Virus record (IMG/VR): IMGVR_UViG_3300050505_000370 | Reading direction: 5' to 3' (one strand) | Source: a virus | DNA: 64,000 bases | Shown: one piece after another, positions 17,163-27,687 of the stretch | Layout: the number at the start of each line of letters is the position of its first letter | How positions within the stretch are numbered: the stretch's first letter is position 1 | The notes under the pieces: model-generated | The model's database searches: none | What the model was told of the DNA's origin: nothing | The model's input: only the letters and a program-made list of their open reading frames with translations | Program-made: the position numbers and the translations under genes

Positions 17163-18161
17163 ATGGCTCTTACCTATAAAGAATTCTACTCCGAACTCCT
17201 CAACACCTTCCCTAAGCTCTCCATCTTTCAGGCCAAGAGACTTATCAACCGGGCCTTACAGGAAATCTATAACTCCCGTCAATGGTCCTTCCTTAGAGCC
17301 TTCGGCCTTCTCTATTCCCCTGCTCTTATCTCCACCGGCTCCTTTAACGTTACCCAGTTCTCAAATGTGGCTGTGGCAGATGCCACTGCTATAACAGCCC
17401 TAACTGGCCTCTCCAACCCCCTTATCACTTCCAGGCAAATCCGCTTTGGAGCTTCCCCTCCCTATAACATAACCGCCTTTGACTCTGGCACTGGTAACCT
17501 AACCCTTGATCGCCCTGTGGTGGAAACCTCCAATGCAGCAAGCACCTATCGCCTCTACCGCGCCTACTACGGTCCCCCTTTGATTGGGGTAAATGGGGTA
17601 GAGACAACCGACTTTAAGCGTTATAACTCCATCTACAACCCTGCTATATCCCAATACTTCGTTAAGCTCCACCTTCCTGGGGATCTCCTCAACCAACTAG
17701 ACCCCCAAAGGAATCAATTTTCTAATCCCCGTTATCTCTATTCCCATGCTTCTTCCTCTACCGGCACCCCTATATTTGAGATGCACCCCCATTCCATCGC
17801 TGCTGCTGGTTTCCCTTGCTCCTTCCAACGCAAAGGGATATTCCTAACCAACGACTCTGATGTGCTCCCCCTTATCCTCGATGACCTTCTAGTCATGGAA
17901 GCAGCCTCTATGCATGCCTGTGATTGGGCTGCCAAGAACGTCGCTCGCTACCCAGAGCTAAAGGGGGTTAACTGGGTCCTTATGGGGCAGAAGCATAAAA
18001 AGGCCTACTCCAACATAAATGCGGCTGATCCTGGCCTTCTCGAACTAGCTCATAGAGACGATGAAGAAGCCTACCCACAAGATGAAGTTATAAAGGATTC
18101 CTATAGGAAGATAAGGGTGGTTGGGACGGATGATGCTACTGGGTTCTTTTCTATTCCATGA
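17163..18161 (+). CDS. virion structural protein (possible head-tail adaptor)
   Basis: 332 aa; position only. Confidence 0.4.
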   Translation: MALTYKEFYSELLNTFPKLSIFQAKRLINRALQEIYNSRQWSFLRAFGLLYSPALISTGSFNVTQFSNVAVADATAITALTGLSNPLITSRQIRFGASPPYNITAFDSGTGNLTLDRPVVETSNAASTYRLYRAYYGPPLIGVNGVETTDFKRYNSIYNPAISQYFVKLHLPGDLLNQLDPQRNQFSNPRYLYSHASSSTGTPIFEMHPHSIAAAGFPCSFQRKGIFLTNDSDVLPLILDDLLVMEAASMHACDWAAKNVARYPELKGVNWVLMGQKHKKAYSNINAADPGLLELAHRDDEEAYPQDEVIKDSYRKIRVVGTDDATGFFSIP

Positions 18162-18183
18162 TCTTTTTTAATAAGGAGAAACT

Positions 18184-18405
18184 ATGGCTGACAAATCGAC
18201 AACTCCATACCCTGCTAACCAGGGACAGATTGCATCCCCCCAAACCGTAGACGTGGTGGACTCCCTCAATCGTGGCACTGGTAACTCCATGCCGGTGAAG
18301 CACAATGAGCACCTCTATGGGGGAGGAGGGAAGGGTGGGAGCATAAACACCCCTGCTGACCCAATTGTTAAATCCCTAAAGGAAACCTCAACCCTCAAGC
18401 CCTAA
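18184..18405 (+). CDS. hypothetical protein (73 aa)
   Basis: TAAGGAG upstream. Confidence 0.45.
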   Translation: MADKSTTPYPANQGQIASPQTVDVVDSLNRGTGNSMPVKHNEHLYGGGGKGGSINTPADPIVKSLKETSTLKP

Positions 18406-18432
18406 CCCAAGGGAGGGAAAGAGGAGGAACCA

Positions 18433-20880
18433 ATGAAAAAGCTTCTCCTAGTAGCTTCCTTGCTACTAGCTATTTCTGCATCCACCCATGCCCAGAGCAA
18501 AATAGATGGGTGGTGTGAGCAAGGCAACCACACAGTCTCAACCCAAGGCCTTATCTCCACCACAAAGGTACAACAATCCTACCCCTCTTGCACCGTCACT
18601 ATCTTCGATGCTGGCACCTCTAACCTCTCAACCATCTTCTCAGACATGCTCTCTACCCCCAAGGTGAACCCCTTCACCGCTGACTCAACTGGCTATTGGT
18701 TCTTCTATGCCAATAACGGCCTTTATGACATTCGCTTTTCTGGGGCAGGGATCGCTTCCCCTTTTACCTTAGGGGACCATAAGATAGGGGATGCCACCAC
18801 GGGGGTTGGGGGGTCAGGCACCGCCAACAGGGTAGCCAAATTCACCGCCTCTACCACAGTTGGGAACTCCCAAATAACCGACAACGGCACCTCCGTTGGT
18901 ATCAACAACACCTCCCCTGATGCTTCTGCCCTTTTAGACCTAACCTCCACCACGAGGGCTCTCCTTCTCCCTCGGATGACTACCACCCAAAGGGATGCTA
19001 TAGCAGCCCCCGCTGATGGCCTAGTCATCTACAACACCACCACCAACGCTTTTAACATAAGGGCAAGTGGAGCATGGGGGGCGGTTTCTGGGGGAGGGTT
19101 GGTAGATCCAGGGGCAAATGGAATGCTCGCCCGCACAGCATTAAATACTACCGTTGCACGTACCATAACAGGTACAGCTAATCAAGTTACTCTAGCTAAT
19201 GGTGATGGATCTGGCAACCCCACTATTTCCCTCCCCTCTACCGTCATCCTAACCACAGCCCTTGTAGCTCCCACCATTGCAGGGGGGGTTAACTCAACCG
19301 ATGATCTTATCTTAGTAGGGACAACCAATGGAACTTCCACCAATGGAGATGTAACTATCCCCCTTCCCTCTACTGCCAAGCTCTCTATTGGTCCCTCAAC
19401 CCATCGCCTCCTCTATGACCCCTACTCCACCGACACTGCCAATGGCTCCCCTGTTATAATCTTCACCCCTCCCTTCCAGACCACTGGCCCCCGCAATGTA
19501 GGGATAATGGTGAAGCCAACCTTTGGCACCTTAACCGACAACACTCTTTTCCTAACTGCCTATAACGGACAATATGGCCTCCCCACTACCGTCCCTGCTG
19601 GTACTAAGGGAGCCCTCTCTGTCTATGAGGGCACCATAGATACCTCCCAAGCAGTAGCAGATATAGTCAACAACGAAGCAGGGCATCTACTTGGGGGTAC
19701 ATTCTTTATCCGAGGTGGAGCCCCCTATGATGGGGTAGACCTAGCCTTCACTATCTCCACAGTAGCCCCAGGTAACACAGGGATTCGTGGGATAAACATG
19801 TCCTTTACGAACAACATAGCCTCCACTAATGTCTTTGGCCTCTATGTCCAGCAAGCGGGGGCTAACGTAGCTACCTCAGGCCTTGTTATAACTGGCAACT
19901 GGACCAATGGGATTGACCTATCAGCAGGGGGACTCACCAATGCTATTAAGATAGCTAATGGTCAAGCGGTGGTAGCAGGAGGGGTTAATATCCTCTACCG
20001 TGATGTTGCTTCTACCTTTGCTACTATCGACTCCGATCTAGTCATTAACGTAGCTAACCCCTTCGTCCAACTTGGCTCCGCTGCTACTGGATGGCTCTAC
20101 CAAGTGGTGGATGGTCCCCCAGACCGCCTTCGCTTCTTTCGCCAAGGCCTAGGGGAAGCCTTCTTTGTAGACAATCAAAACACAGGCAATCTAGTTATGG
20201 GTTCCCCTACCTCAGGAGCCCTCGCCACTGGAGCTACCAACTCCTTCTTCTACCTAACCTCCATGGCAGGAGCCCCAACAGGTACCCCGACCGCCTACAC
20301 CGCTAAAATAGCTGAGGTCTACGACTCCACCAACGACATCCTCTATCTCAACAATGGTGGGGCAGGCCTATGGAAAACCATCAACGCAACCAACCCCTTT
20401 CGAGGTACCCTCATCACGGGAACCGGCTTCACCACCAACGATGGAGGCCGCTTTAACCGGGTGTTCCACAAAATAACCGTCACCAACGCTGCTTTCACCT
20501 GTGCTGCCCTAACCTGTGACGTAACTATCTTCACTCTCCCCGCCAAAACCCGCCTTGTTTCTATCATAGCTGACACCACCACTGTCTATACTGGGGGTAT
20601 AGTAACAGCAGCTTCTATGATAGTAGGAAAGACGGTTGGGGGAAATGAATACTTATTGACACATGATATAAAAACAGCTACGATAGTCAGGGGGCTAGTA
20701 ACTGGGGATATGGGGGCTACCCTAGCAACAGCAGCGGGGGTCCCAGTCCAGGGAGGTGATCTTCCAAGCTGGACCGCAACCACAAACGTCTCGGTTCGGA
20801 TAACTACTGTAACAGGTAATGTTAACGCCCTAACCCAAGGCTCCACGACCTACTATATCATTACAGAGAGGATGCTCTAA
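18433..20880 (+). CDS. tail fibre-like protein with N-terminal Sec-type signal peptide
   Basis: N-terminus MKKLLLVASLLLAISASTHA/QS. Thr/Gly/Asn-rich repeats and the motif LPRMTTTQRDAIAAPADGLVIYNTTTNAF. Confidence 0.6.
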   Translation: MKKLLLVASLLLAISASTHAQSKIDGWCEQGNHTVSTQGLISTTKVQQSYPSCTVTIFDAGTSNLSTIFSDMLSTPKVNPFTADSTGYWFFYANNGLYDIRFSGAGIASPFTLGDHKIGDATTGVGGSGTANRVAKFTASTTVGNSQITDNGTSVGINNTSPDASALLDLTSTTRALLLPRMTTTQRDAIAAPADGLVIYNTTTNAFNIRASGAWGAVSGGGLVDPGANGMLARTALNTTVARTITGTANQVTLANGDGSGNPTISLPSTVILTTALVAPTIAGGVNSTDDLILVGTTNGTSTNGDVTIPLPSTAKLSIGPSTHRLLYDPYSTDTANGSPVIIFTPPFQTTGPRNVGIMVKPTFGTLTDNTLFLTAYNGQYGLPTTVPAGTKGALSVYEGTIDTSQAVADIVNNEAGHLLGGTFFIRGGAPYDGVDLAFTISTVAPGNTGIRGINMSFTNNIASTNVFGLYVQQAGANVATSGLVITGNWTNGIDLSAGGLTNAIKIANGQAVVAGGVNILYRDVASTFATIDSDLVINVANPFVQLGSAATGWLYQVVDGPPDRLRFFRQGLGEAFFVDNQNTGNLVMGSPTSGALATGATNSFFYLTSMAGAPTGTPTAYTAKIAEVYDSTNDILYLNNGGAGLWKTINATNPFRGTLITGTGFTTNDGGRFNRVFHKITVTNAAFTCAALTCDVTIFTLPAKTRLVSIIADTTTVYTGGIVTAASMIVGKTVGGNEYLLTHDIKTATIVRGLVTGDMGATLATAAGVPVQGGDLPSWTATTNVSVRITTVTGNVNALTQGSTTYYIITERML
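20656..20684 (+). promoter_or_regulatory. Possible internal promoter TTGACA-N17-TACGAT
   Basis: AT-rich patch inside the 3' end of 18433-20880, about 200 nt upstream of the next ORF. Confidence 0.25.
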
Positions 20881-20881
20881 C

Positions 20882-21220
20882 ATGAAGCAAAGAGATAAGT
20901 TATTTTGCTTGATTGTCTTAACCATAGTGATGCTTCTTGGTACCATAGGGACAGAACTAGCTAATGGATCTAGAGGGGACACCCCCAAAGGGGTAACAAC
21001 CTCCATCAAGATCGAAGGAGATGACGCTTCCCGCATAAGGGACTCCTACAACAACATGGTTATGGCCCAACAGAACTTCCAATATAACATCCTTCAAGCC
21101 CGCTATAACCTACAAGTGCCAAAGGAGTATATCTTTAACATCCAAACCTTTTCCTTTGACTCCCCTCCACCTACCCCTCTTACCCCTCCAAAGGAAAAGA
21201 AGGAGGTTCCCAAGCCCTAA
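20882..21220 (+). CDS. hypothetical protein with N-terminal membrane helix (112 aa)
   Basis: N-terminus MKQRDKLFCLIVLTIVMLLGTIG. Confidence 0.45.
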   Translation: MKQRDKLFCLIVLTIVMLLGTIGTELANGSRGDTPKGVTTSIKIEGDDASRIRDSYNNMVMAQQNFQYNILQARYNLQVPKEYIFNIQTFSFDSPPPTPLTPPKEKKEVPKP

Positions 21221-22629
21221 TGTCCTCTTCTTTCCTAGCCTCCCTCTTCCAATGGCTAACATTCTCTGACCTTAAAGCCGCCTTAGCCTCCCGCCTTGGC
21301 GACCCCCTTAAGGTCCATTGGATAGACGACGAATTAGGTAGGTACATAAAGGAAGCCCTCCGCACCTATAACGCAATCTCCCAACTCCAACGAACCCGGG
21401 TGGTCTTCCCAACTAAGGTAGGAAAGGCCTTCTATGATCTAACCTCCACTGCTGATCCAGACACCTTTGTAGGGGGAACAGGAGTCTTAACCACCAACCC
21501 CCCTCTCAACTGTGGCTATTCTATTCTCGACCAAGAACTTATCAATGACATCCAATACCCCCTCATTGAACCCATAACAACCAACTTTACCGTCCTTGGC
21601 CTCCCTCCCCCAACTGACCAATTCACCTTGGACGACATAACAAGGGCGATTGAACGAAGGAGAAACCTATTCCTCCTCCACACAGCTACCCACATCTCTC
21701 ACTCTCAACCTAACTACCCTGCTCCCCCTAACTCAGGTAGAGTCCCCCTCTCAGACTCCACTATCTCCCTAAGGAGGATCTCCTGGAGGAATGCAGATGG
21801 AGCTTATACCCCTCTCTACAGGGAGGATGAAAACGAGGCAAACCTCCTTCTCCTTGATTGGGGAGTTAACTCCTCTATCCCCCAAGCCTATGCCCAATAT
21901 CTAACTCCCCCTTCTTCTGTCCAAATCATCCCCCCTTCCAACGACGCGGGGAAGCTTGACATTCTCTCTACTATCTCCCCCGCTGACCTAAACCCTGCTG
22001 TGGGGACTCTCCTCTCCATCCCTGATGACTGGGCTTGGGTTCTTAAGTATGGCTCCCTATCTGACCTTCTAACCAAAGACTCCCAATCCTCTGACCCCCG
22101 CTTTGCCTATGCAGAACAGAGGTATGTGGATGGCCTTCGTCTAGCCTCAATGCTCCCCCTTATTCAACAAGCAGTTATAAATGGCTCTTATGTCCAACCC
22201 ACTTCCCTCTCTGATCTAGATGCGGCTATCCCCTCTTGGCAAAACGATACCCCGGCTGCCCCAACTACCCTTGCTATAGCAGGGAGAAACCTAGTTGCCC
22301 TCTATCCTGTTCCTGACTCAGCCGCTTATGAGGTACAACTTGACATAACTAGAAACTTCCCTGTCCCTGTCATCAGCACTGATAAGGTTCAGATCCCTAG
22401 GGAAAGCATAGCTAGGATTCTCGACTATTGCGTCCACCTTGCTACCTTCAAGGAGGGGTTAGCGGAGTTTGAACAAACCTACCCCCTTGCAACCTCCTTT
22501 ATGCAACACTGCCTCTTACATAATTCTATCCTATCAGCCGAGGCAAGTCATTATGATATAGTGAAGGGGTTCTCTTCTAAGGAGGAGATAGACAGACCTA
22601 GATACTACCAAAAGGAGGAAGTGGCATGA
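21220..22629 (+). CDS. virion structural protein (469 aa)
   Basis: TAATG junction with the previous gene; position in the tail module. Confidence 0.45.
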   Translation: MSSSFLASLFQWLTFSDLKAALASRLGDPLKVHWIDDELGRYIKEALRTYNAISQLQRTRVVFPTKVGKAFYDLTSTADPDTFVGGTGVLTTNPPLNCGYSILDQELINDIQYPLIEPITTNFTVLGLPPPTDQFTLDDITRAIERRRNLFLLHTATHISHSQPNYPAPPNSGRVPLSDSTISLRRISWRNADGAYTPLYREDENEANLLLLDWGVNSSIPQAYAQYLTPPSSVQIIPPSNDAGKLDILSTISPADLNPAVGTLLSIPDDWAWVLKYGSLSDLLTKDSQSSDPRFAYAEQRYVDGLRLASMLPLIQQAVINGSYVQPTSLSDLDAAIPSWQNDTPAAPTTLAIAGRNLVALYPVPDSAAYEVQLDITRNFPVPVISTDKVQIPRESIARILDYCVHLATFKEGLAEFEQTYPLATSFMQHCLLHNSILSAEASHYDIVKGFSSKEEIDRPRYYQKEEVA

Positions 22630-22811
22630 ATCCAGCTTTTAAGAAGATGATAGAGGCAAAAAGGGCCAGCAAGGGGGGTAAGGGGGGAGCAACCTCCAAG
22701 GCGATGAAGGAAGGTTCCCCTGCTGAGGAAGCAGGAGAGAGCAGGGCAGTAGAGGCAAGGGAGATGAAGAAGGGGAAGAATAGAGGGAAGGGTAAGAGAG
22801 GGAAATACTAG
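22626..22811 (+). CDS. small Lys/Gly-rich basic protein (61 aa)
   Basis: ATGA overlap with the previous ORF. Confidence 0.45.
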   Translation: MNPAFKKMIEAKRASKGGKGGATSKAMKEGSPAEEAGESRAVEAREMKKGKNRGKGKRGKY

Positions 22812-22832
22812 AGGGGAGAAGGGGGGCTAGTT

Positions 22833-23057
22833 ATGCCAGGGAGTAAGTTCTCTAAGAAGGTAGATACCCCTAAGAAGGAAAGACAATGGGAGCACGTCTA
22901 TGAGTCTGTCCTTTCTAGGGGTGGGGATAAGGGGTCTGCGATAAGGCAAGCCTCTGGGGTTATCAAGAAGGAAAGCTCCCCCTCTTCCACCAGAGAGGAG
23001 AAGCCTGAGCCAATAAGGAAGCTTAGGGGTAGGAGAAGGGGAAGCATGAGGGCTTAA
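22833..23057 (+). CDS. small Lys/Arg-rich basic protein (74 aa)
   Basis: ORF with GGGGAGAAGGGGGG upstream. Confidence 0.45.
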   Translation: MPGSKFSKKVDTPKKERQWEHVYESVLSRGGDKGSAIRQASGVIKKESSPSSTREEKPEPIRKLRGRRRGSMRA

Positions 23058-23165
23058 TGGGAAGGCAAATGAAGAAAAGGGTGGAAAAAGGGAACACCAT
23101 AAGGGCTGGAGCTACCAAGAAGGCCGAGAGAAAGACTTCTTGCCTCCACTCCCGAAAGGCTCACT

Positions 23166-26100
23166 ATGAAATATATTGTGGCTTCGCTTGCTCTCGTTGT
23201 TCTTGTATCACTCCTAGAACCTAGAAGAGAAGGGGGAGAGGGGGGAGAGGTGGCTTTTAAGCGTCCAAAATCTAATAGGTATGCCTTAGGGGGGCTCCAC
23301 CTAGCTTCCTCTGTTGATGCTATGCCTCCCTTCAAATACCCTATCCTCAAAAATGTCCGTTCCTATAAGGAGGGGGTAATCCAACCACGCCCCGGCCAAC
23401 TTGTCTACAACTCCATAGCTATCCCTGACTCTATCCTCCACTCCATAGATAGGATGAACTCTGATCTCCCCACAGCTTCCCAAGCTTTTGCTTTCCTTAT
23501 AGGGGCAGGTTCCTCCCTCTATACCGACAACTCTCTTCACACAGGCTTAGTCCTTAGAGCTTCGGGGTTCTCGGGGGACCCCCTATCCTTCTGCTCTTTC
23601 CGCCCTAATAACTCCCCCGAGCCCTTCGACTATATAGGTGATCGCACCAAGATGGGGAAAGTTAAGGTAGATGGGACCTTCCGCAACATGGGAATAGTTC
23701 CTCCCTCTGTCCCCCCAACAGGCCCGGGCACAACAGTTCCCTCCCTAAATAGTTTCCAATCCACCACCATAGACGATGGCTATTTCACCGCTGGAGGATG
23801 GGTAACTGATACCCCTGCTAACATGGCTAATACAGTCAACGCAGGGACCGCTGCTAATGACGCCGCAACTCTCCTCTATGACTCAGGCTCAACTGGATGG
23901 GCTTGTGTTGGGGTAGCAGCCCCCCTAGACTCCTCCGCTTATGACCTAGGAGCTATTGTTATCCTTAATGAGGGTGGGGTAAATGCGGAGAAGGTTATAA
24001 TCCAGAACCTCTTCAAACCCATCAAAACCACAACAGTAGCCTCTATCATCTACGATAATGGGGTAGGACCGGGGCTTTGTACTATCCAACCAACTGCTTC
24101 TAAGCATAAAGCTTGGGAAGCAGACACCATGATTAAGATAAATACAGAGTTTGTCAGGGTCCTCTCTGTTTCCTTTGGGCAAGATGATGTCCCTTCTATC
24201 CGCTGCTCTACTACCTCCACCCACGTGGCGGGGGAATCCCTTTCAGGCTTACTCAACTTCCGAGCTTTCTTTAACAACGTCCATACTACAGGGGAAATAA
24301 TCTTTATTCGGTCTATTATCTTCCAGATGGGAGTAGGGACTATCCTTGGCTCCCTCGCCCCCAACACCCCCACCCAAGTAGGGACAGCAACAAAGGTTGC
24401 CGTTCTTGACCTAGGTAACGTAGGGGGGAGGGCTATCCAAGATGATGATGAAGTCAACCTTGTTGTTCAGATAAACCATGGTACTTCTGCGGCGGCCCCC
24501 CTCCCAACTATTCAAGAAGTTCAATTCCAACTTGACTGTGGAAATGGGACATTCACTAACTACTTCGCTATAATCCTCCGTCCCTCTGATCTAACCCCCG
24601 CCACCGACTCAGGCACTACCTCCACTCTAGCAGCCCGACAACAAGCTGTTACTCGCTCTGCTGCTGATGATACCATCTCTCCCTTTGAAACCACCCAATC
24701 TATCACAAGGGAGAAACTCCAGCGGAGATTAGCTAGGGCTCAGGCTAGAGGAGCTACTAATAAGGTAGCGAAGATCCAAGCTAAACTAGCAGGATTAGAT
24801 GGGGGAACAGGAGGAAGTGGTGGGTCTGGAGGGAGTGGTGGGGAAGGGGGAAGTACGACCTCAGGAGGGGGAACTGGTTCAGGCACTTCCATCCAGGTCC
24901 CCCCATCCTCCATAGATGAATTCCCAATTAGGGTAAAGGTGAAGGATGTAACTAGGGTAGGGGCTGATTTTGGGAAGGGGTGGGCAGACATCTCCAAACT
25001 TAGGGTAAGACTTCTCTTCTCCAACCCAAACTCAGTTGCGGTAGCCCCCAAGGTTCGTCTCTCCTCATGGTGGATAGGAGGGGCGTTTGGGCCTGATGCA
25101 GGCGACCGAGGGACCCCCTACACCTATCGCTTCCGCTATCGTTCCTCTGAGAGTGGGGCAAAATCATATTGGTCCCCTGCTACTCGCTCTGGGGTAATTC
25201 CCCGTCGCCAACGTGTCCAACTTGTCGGCACCCCCTCCCCTGATGCTCAAGCAGATAAGATGGATTGGGCTAGGTTTGGGGGGTCTATCCTTAAGTGGAA
25301 GCTCATCGGCACTGCCCCCAACTCAACCGCTACCTTCAACGATGACTTCCCCGACGACACCCTTACCTCCCCTGATCTCGATATTGACATAACGGAGGGC
25401 TTCCAACCCTTCCCAATCCAAGGCCTTCCTGTCACGGGCACTTGCTCTACCTCAGGAACCATGGTGACAGTCACCGCCGGGTCTATCTCCACCTCTATGG
25501 CCCCTGGTACAGATGTGGTGATAAACGGTATCCACTGTACCCTCTATGCTCCCCCTATCTCTACAACCCGCTTTGAGATAGTAGAGTCGATAGGCACCCT
25601 TGTTGGGGTTTCCCTCTTTATCCCTGCTCCTACCCTAATGGGCCAACCCCTCCCCTCCCTTTGGGGACCCTTCGGCCAAGGGGAACAAGGGTCTGTGATG
25701 TTTGCCTGTGGGGATCTCTCTAACCCCGGTCGCCTCTATTGGACAAACCCTGATGACCCTGACTTCTCCAACTACCGCAACTCTTTAGATGTAACCTCCC
25801 CATCTGAGCCCCTAATGGGGGGCTTTATGTTCGACAACAAATCTTTCGTTTTCTCCACCCAAGACCTCTACTACATCTATCCCTCTCAAACCATCCTAGG
25901 CCGTCTAACCTTCAAAGCCTCTCGCTCTGGCCTTGGGAAAGGGGTAGTTGGGCGCTACTCCTTCTGCGTCTACAACGGTAAGGTCTACTTTATTTCCCCT
26001 GATGGTATCTATGTAACAGAGGGATCTATCCCCCAACTTATCACCCCCGACCTAACCCCCCTCTTCCCCCATGAAGGACAGCCGGGGGTAACAACCAATG

Positions 26101-27353
26101 GGTATATCCCTCCTGACTTCACCCTTCCTAACTTCCTCCGCTTGGCAGGAGGGAATGGGGAGATTAGATTTGACTATAAAGCAACCGACTCCAACTTCTA
26201 TTCCCTCACCTTTAAGGAAAGCGGAGGAGCTTGGCTCCCCGACACCTATGGCCGCCCTGTTACCTGCTCCTATTGTGAAGAAGGGGAAGAGGGGAAGGGA
26301 ACTGGGAGGTGGTTTGTTGGGTCTACCAACGGTAAGCTCTACACCCTCTCAGGCTCCTCAGACGACGGCCTTTCCATCTCCTGTCAAGTCCGTCACCCCT
26401 CCGACTCCTATGGGGATGATCGCTCTGAGAAGCTATGGGGGGACTTCCTCCTTGATTGCAACCCCAACGGGGCAAACATAACCGCCCAACCCGGCTTCAA
26501 TAACTACGCCACCCTCACTACCCCCCTTACTTTCTCTGATGGGGCAAGGATAGAACCTCCCACTATAATCGACATAAACTCAGGGATGGGAATCTACGCC
26601 CGCAACGCTACCCTTGATGTTTCTTGGTCTTCTATCTTAACCCCTGAACTTTTCTTCTGGGAACCCTCTGTTATTGACAAACCAGAAGATTCAGCCCGTC
26701 GAGTAACCGACTTCTATAACGCGGGGATGGAACAAGCAAAGTGGTGGCAGGGCCTTAGGATTCGCTTCAACACATACGGGGTGGCGAAGTCCTTCAAGGT
26801 GCAAGCTGACAACGGGGTGAATGGGGTATTCACGGACGTTCCGGGGGCAACCTTTACCCTCACCTCCAACGGGGAGAGCGTCCAAGCAGTCTCCTTCCCT
26901 ATCCCCTATATCGCCCATCTCTCTCGCCTTCTCCCCACCGACTCCATCCCTTGGTCTGTTATAGATGTGGAGTGGGTAACCGAACCCGAACCTGAGCTTG
27001 TTCTCCTCTATGAACCCCAACCCTCCACTTATGGGATGAGGGGATTTTGGTTTAGTCGTGACCAATATATAGCTCATGTCTCTACTGCTCCCCTCTCTCT
27101 TGTCTTCATAGCAGATGGAGTAACCCAACCAACCCTAACCATCCCCTCAAGTGGGGGGATCTTCAAGAAGGACTACGTTCAGCTTCCTGCGCTAAAGCAA
27201 AAGGTCCTCCAACATATCCTCTCCTCTACCCAACCCTTCCGCCTCTACCGAGATGCCTGTGAGGTGAAGATTAAAAGTTGGGGGAGTTCAGAGGCTTTTA
27301 GAACAATCAATCCCTTTGGGGATGTCCACAACACCTTCGGGGCGAGGGTCTAA
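23166..27353 (+). CDS. giant virion structural protein (possible tail nozzle/tubular B analogue), 1395 aa; start uncertain
   Basis: Contains a (GGS)n linker and beta-propeller-like repeats. Alternative GTG start at 23250 is preceded by GGGGGAGAGGGGGGAGAG. Confidence 0.5.
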   Translation: MKYIVASLALVVLVSLLEPRREGGEGGEVAFKRPKSNRYALGGLHLASSVDAMPPFKYPILKNVRSYKEGVIQPRPGQLVYNSIAIPDSILHSIDRMNSDLPTASQAFAFLIGAGSSLYTDNSLHTGLVLRASGFSGDPLSFCSFRPNNSPEPFDYIGDRTKMGKVKVDGTFRNMGIVPPSVPPTGPGTTVPSLNSFQSTTIDDGYFTAGGWVTDTPANMANTVNAGTAANDAATLLYDSGSTGWACVGVAAPLDSSAYDLGAIVILNEGGVNAEKVIIQNLFKPIKTTTVASIIYDNGVGPGLCTIQPTASKHKAWEADTMIKINTEFVRVLSVSFGQDDVPSIRCSTTSTHVAGESLSGLLNFRAFFNNVHTTGEIIFIRSIIFQMGVGTILGSLAPNTPTQVGTATKVAVLDLGNVGGRAIQDDDEVNLVVQINHGTSAAAPLPTIQEVQFQLDCGNGTFTNYFAIILRPSDLTPATDSGTTSTLAARQQAVTRSAADDTISPFETTQSITREKLQRRLARAQARGATNKVAKIQAKLAGLDGGTGGSGGSGGSGGEGGSTTSGGGTGSGTSIQVPPSSIDEFPIRVKVKDVTRVGADFGKGWADISKLRVRLLFSNPNSVAVAPKVRLSSWWIGGAFGPDAGDRGTPYTYRFRYRSSESGAKSYWSPATRSGVIPRRQRVQLVGTPSPDAQADKMDWARFGGSILKWKLIGTAPNSTATFNDDFPDDTLTSPDLDIDITEGFQPFPIQGLPVTGTCSTSGTMVTVTAGSISTSMAPGTDVVINGIHCTLYAPPISTTRFEIVESIGTLVGVSLFIPAPTLMGQPLPSLWGPFGQGEQGSVMFACGDLSNPGRLYWTNPDDPDFSNYRNSLDVTSPSEPLMGGFMFDNKSFVFSTQDLYYIYPSQTILGRLTFKASRSGLGKGVVGRYSFCVYNGKVYFISPDGIYVTEGSIPQLITPDLTPLFPHEGQPGVTTNGYIPPDFTLPNFLRLAGGNGEIRFDYKATDSNFYSLTFKESGGAWLPDTYGRPVTCSYCEEGEEGKGTGRWFVGSTNGKLYTLSGSSDDGLSISCQVRHPSDSYGDDRSEKLWGDFLLDCNPNGANITAQPGFNNYATLTTPLTFSDGARIEPPTIIDINSGMGIYARNATLDVSWSSILTPELFFWEPSVIDKPEDSARRVTDFYNAGMEQAKWWQGLRIRFNTYGVAKSFKVQADNGVNGVFTDVPGATFTLTSNGESVQAVSFPIPYIAHLSRLLPTDSIPWSVIDVEWVTEPEPELVLLYEPQPSTYGMRGFWFSRDQYIAHVSTAPLSLVFIADGVTQPTLTIPSSGGIFKKDYVQLPALKQKVLQHILSSTQPFRLYRDACEVKIKSWGSSEAFRTINPFGDVHNTFGARV

Positions 27354-27366
27354 GGAGGAAAAGGAA

Positions 27367-27687
27367 ATGGCTAATGACTTCTATCGGATAATAACCCTAA
27401 CCAATGCAAACCAGAACTACTCCCTCTATTCCCTTATGGTTCTGGTCGATGCAAATGTGGCTAGGAACTTCATGCAGCTTCAAATCTCAGCCCCCGACTC
27501 CAACACTAACAACATAGCTCTTGGGGCTAATACTATGGCTGGTATAACTGATGGAGATCAACTCTTCCCAACCTCCTCTAGGAACTTGGAGTCAAGTAAT
27601 GGGAAGAATGAAATCTCCGTAACTAATAAGTTTGTCCGGTCAGATGCAGCAGGGCAAAAGCTTTTCATAAGGGGGATGTGTCACTAA
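27367..27687 (+). CDS. hypothetical protein (106 aa)
   Basis: Start at ATG 27367 with TAAGGAGGAAAAGGAA upstream. Confidence 0.5.
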   Translation: MANDFYRIITLTNANQNYSLYSLMVLVDANVARNFMQLQISAPDSNTNNIALGANTMAGITDGDQLFPTSSRNLESSNGKNEISVTNKFVRSDAAGQKLFIRGMCH

